Source of the DNA: Octopus bimaculoides
Taxonomy: Eukaryota
Direction of reading: 5' to 3'
DNA: 64,000 nt
NCBI RefSeq assembly: GCF_001194135.2
Contig: NC_069003.1
Span: 7,337,349-7,401,348 of the forward strand
Shown here: positions 62,549 to 64,000 of the stretch, piece by piece
How positions within the stretch are numbered: position 1 is the stretch's first letter
Layout of the letters: each line of letters starts with the position of its first letter
Program-made: the position numbers and the translations under genes
The notes under the pieces: model-generated
The model's database searches: none
The model's input: only the letters and a program-made list of their open reading frames with translations
What the model was told of the DNA's origin: nothing

Positions 62549-63928
62549 GGTTGTGAAAGAAAGGTGAATGTTATGAGAATAATGTATGGTTTCATTAAAA
62601 TACCTTAAAAGATTTCTGACGTTGCTTAATGGAAATAACATCATGGAATACATAATTCCTTTTTGCTTACAACCTACAAATTTGAATATCTACCTCTCTG
62701 AATTCATAAATAGAAGATATTAATGTTCTGCTCTGTTCAAAAGATTCTTTTCTATTGCTCGGAAAATATTTTTAATGAAGATATTTATCATGCTCAGAAT
62801 GGCTGAAGCATGAAATAGACAACCAGCATCAACTGTTAGCTCTCAGAATACTGCATCCTTCGAAAATTCCATGCTTCCCGACAGTTGAGAATAGTGGAGG
62901 AAGGTTCTTGACAGTCTGTGCTCCAAAGAGCACAAAGGGTTCAATTAAGAAAGAAAAATTGGAAGGCAAAGTTGACTTCAGTGGGGTCTGAACTGAGAGA
63001 GTCAGAATGAATATTACCAAGGTAGTCTATAAGTCTATCCAAAGTTCTAATGACTCTGCTAATTTGGTGCCTTTTCAAGAAATTAATTTACACATTAGTT
63101 CCTCTCTTTCTCTCGCTCTCTCTTTTACAATGCTTACTCACAAACAGCAACCATTTACCTAATATTCAACAACCAAAGCAACATTTAATCAATTCGATTA
63201 CTTTCATTTCTCATTAGCGAAATATTCTTAGACTGAGAAGTCACTGAAACAATAAGCAATTAGTGCTGCTCTTAAAATTAATTATGTTAATTAGTAACTG
63301 TCGAAATGAATTTGATAAAAGAGTGTGTGAATAACAAATTACTTTCAAAGAAAAGCAACCCCGCCCCGGAAAAACGTAAAATCTGGCACTGAAACTACCA
63401 TAAATTGTTAATCCTTTCATTATCTTTAATTCCATTTAGTCGTGTAAGTACTTCATACAATGTATTACTATCAAAGAAACATCTCCTAATGAAGTTTTGA
63501 CACTTTAATTTCCTTTAAAACTTCATCAACAATGAAACACTAATATTTCTAAGGGATAAAAAGACCTACAACACTGCTAACGCCATCTCAGCCCTTAATC
63601 ATCTCAAATCTTCCCACTTTTTTAACAATGGTATAATTGCTATCAGCCCTTGCGGAAACCACATATCTATTCTTCAAATAAACCAAAATCAGGGCCATTA
63701 CAGGGCCTGTAATGGTGAATAAATAATAATAAAAATTTCAATTTCCTGTTTTGTTATATATATTTATATATATATATATNNNNNNNNNNNNNNNNNNNNN
63801 NNNNNNNNNNNNNNNNNNNNNNNNNNNNNNNNNNAGAATCTAGTACATAGGTCAATTTCATTATTATTATTATTATTATTATGATAAAGTATTTTCAATG
63901 GATCAGTTTTGAGCTTTATTTAAAGTTG

Positions 63929-63970
<42 letters not shown>

Positions 63971-64000
63971 GCTTCTTTCAGTTTCTGTCGACCAAATCCA

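Noticed and set aside
62798-62903. Plus-strand open frame EWLKHEIDNQHQLLALRILHPSKIPCFPTVENSGG
   Set aside because: Weak acceptor and donor; the frame continues into a decayed SINE-B; no recognisable homology

Overview
This is eukaryotic, very AT-rich, microsatellite- and SINE-saturated DNA with about ten long N-gaps, most flanked by simple repeats. The repeat repertoire (tRNA-headed SINEs, RTE and Dong/R4 LINE remnants, mariner, TTAA MITEs) matches my recollection of an octopus genome (O. bimaculoides-like). That species call is from memory, not from a search. No intact protein-coding gene is recognisable, and nearly all ORF-track entries are microsatellite or gap read-throughs. Well-supported content: an internally deleted mariner with intact TIRs and TA TSD (18641-19234); Dong/R4 endonuclease fragments in (TAA)n (22868-24631); several RTE LINE remnants (best 58230-59690); piggyBac-like TTAA MITEs, one with its empty site reconstructable inside the RTE; a hAT MITE; a mariner MITE; two long fold-back hairpins; and at least four short retroposon families that appear modular (shared heads with swapped bodies, microsatellite hinges, an expandable hairpin minisatellite). 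Weakly supported: scattered splice-signal-bounded candidate exons, mostly on the minus strand, and a SINE-free CpG-rich promoter-like island at about 8.55-11.5 kb. Family labels (SINE-A, SINE-B, C, D, R, P1, P2) are my own working names. Most repeat boundaries are approximate to about 10-20 bp.
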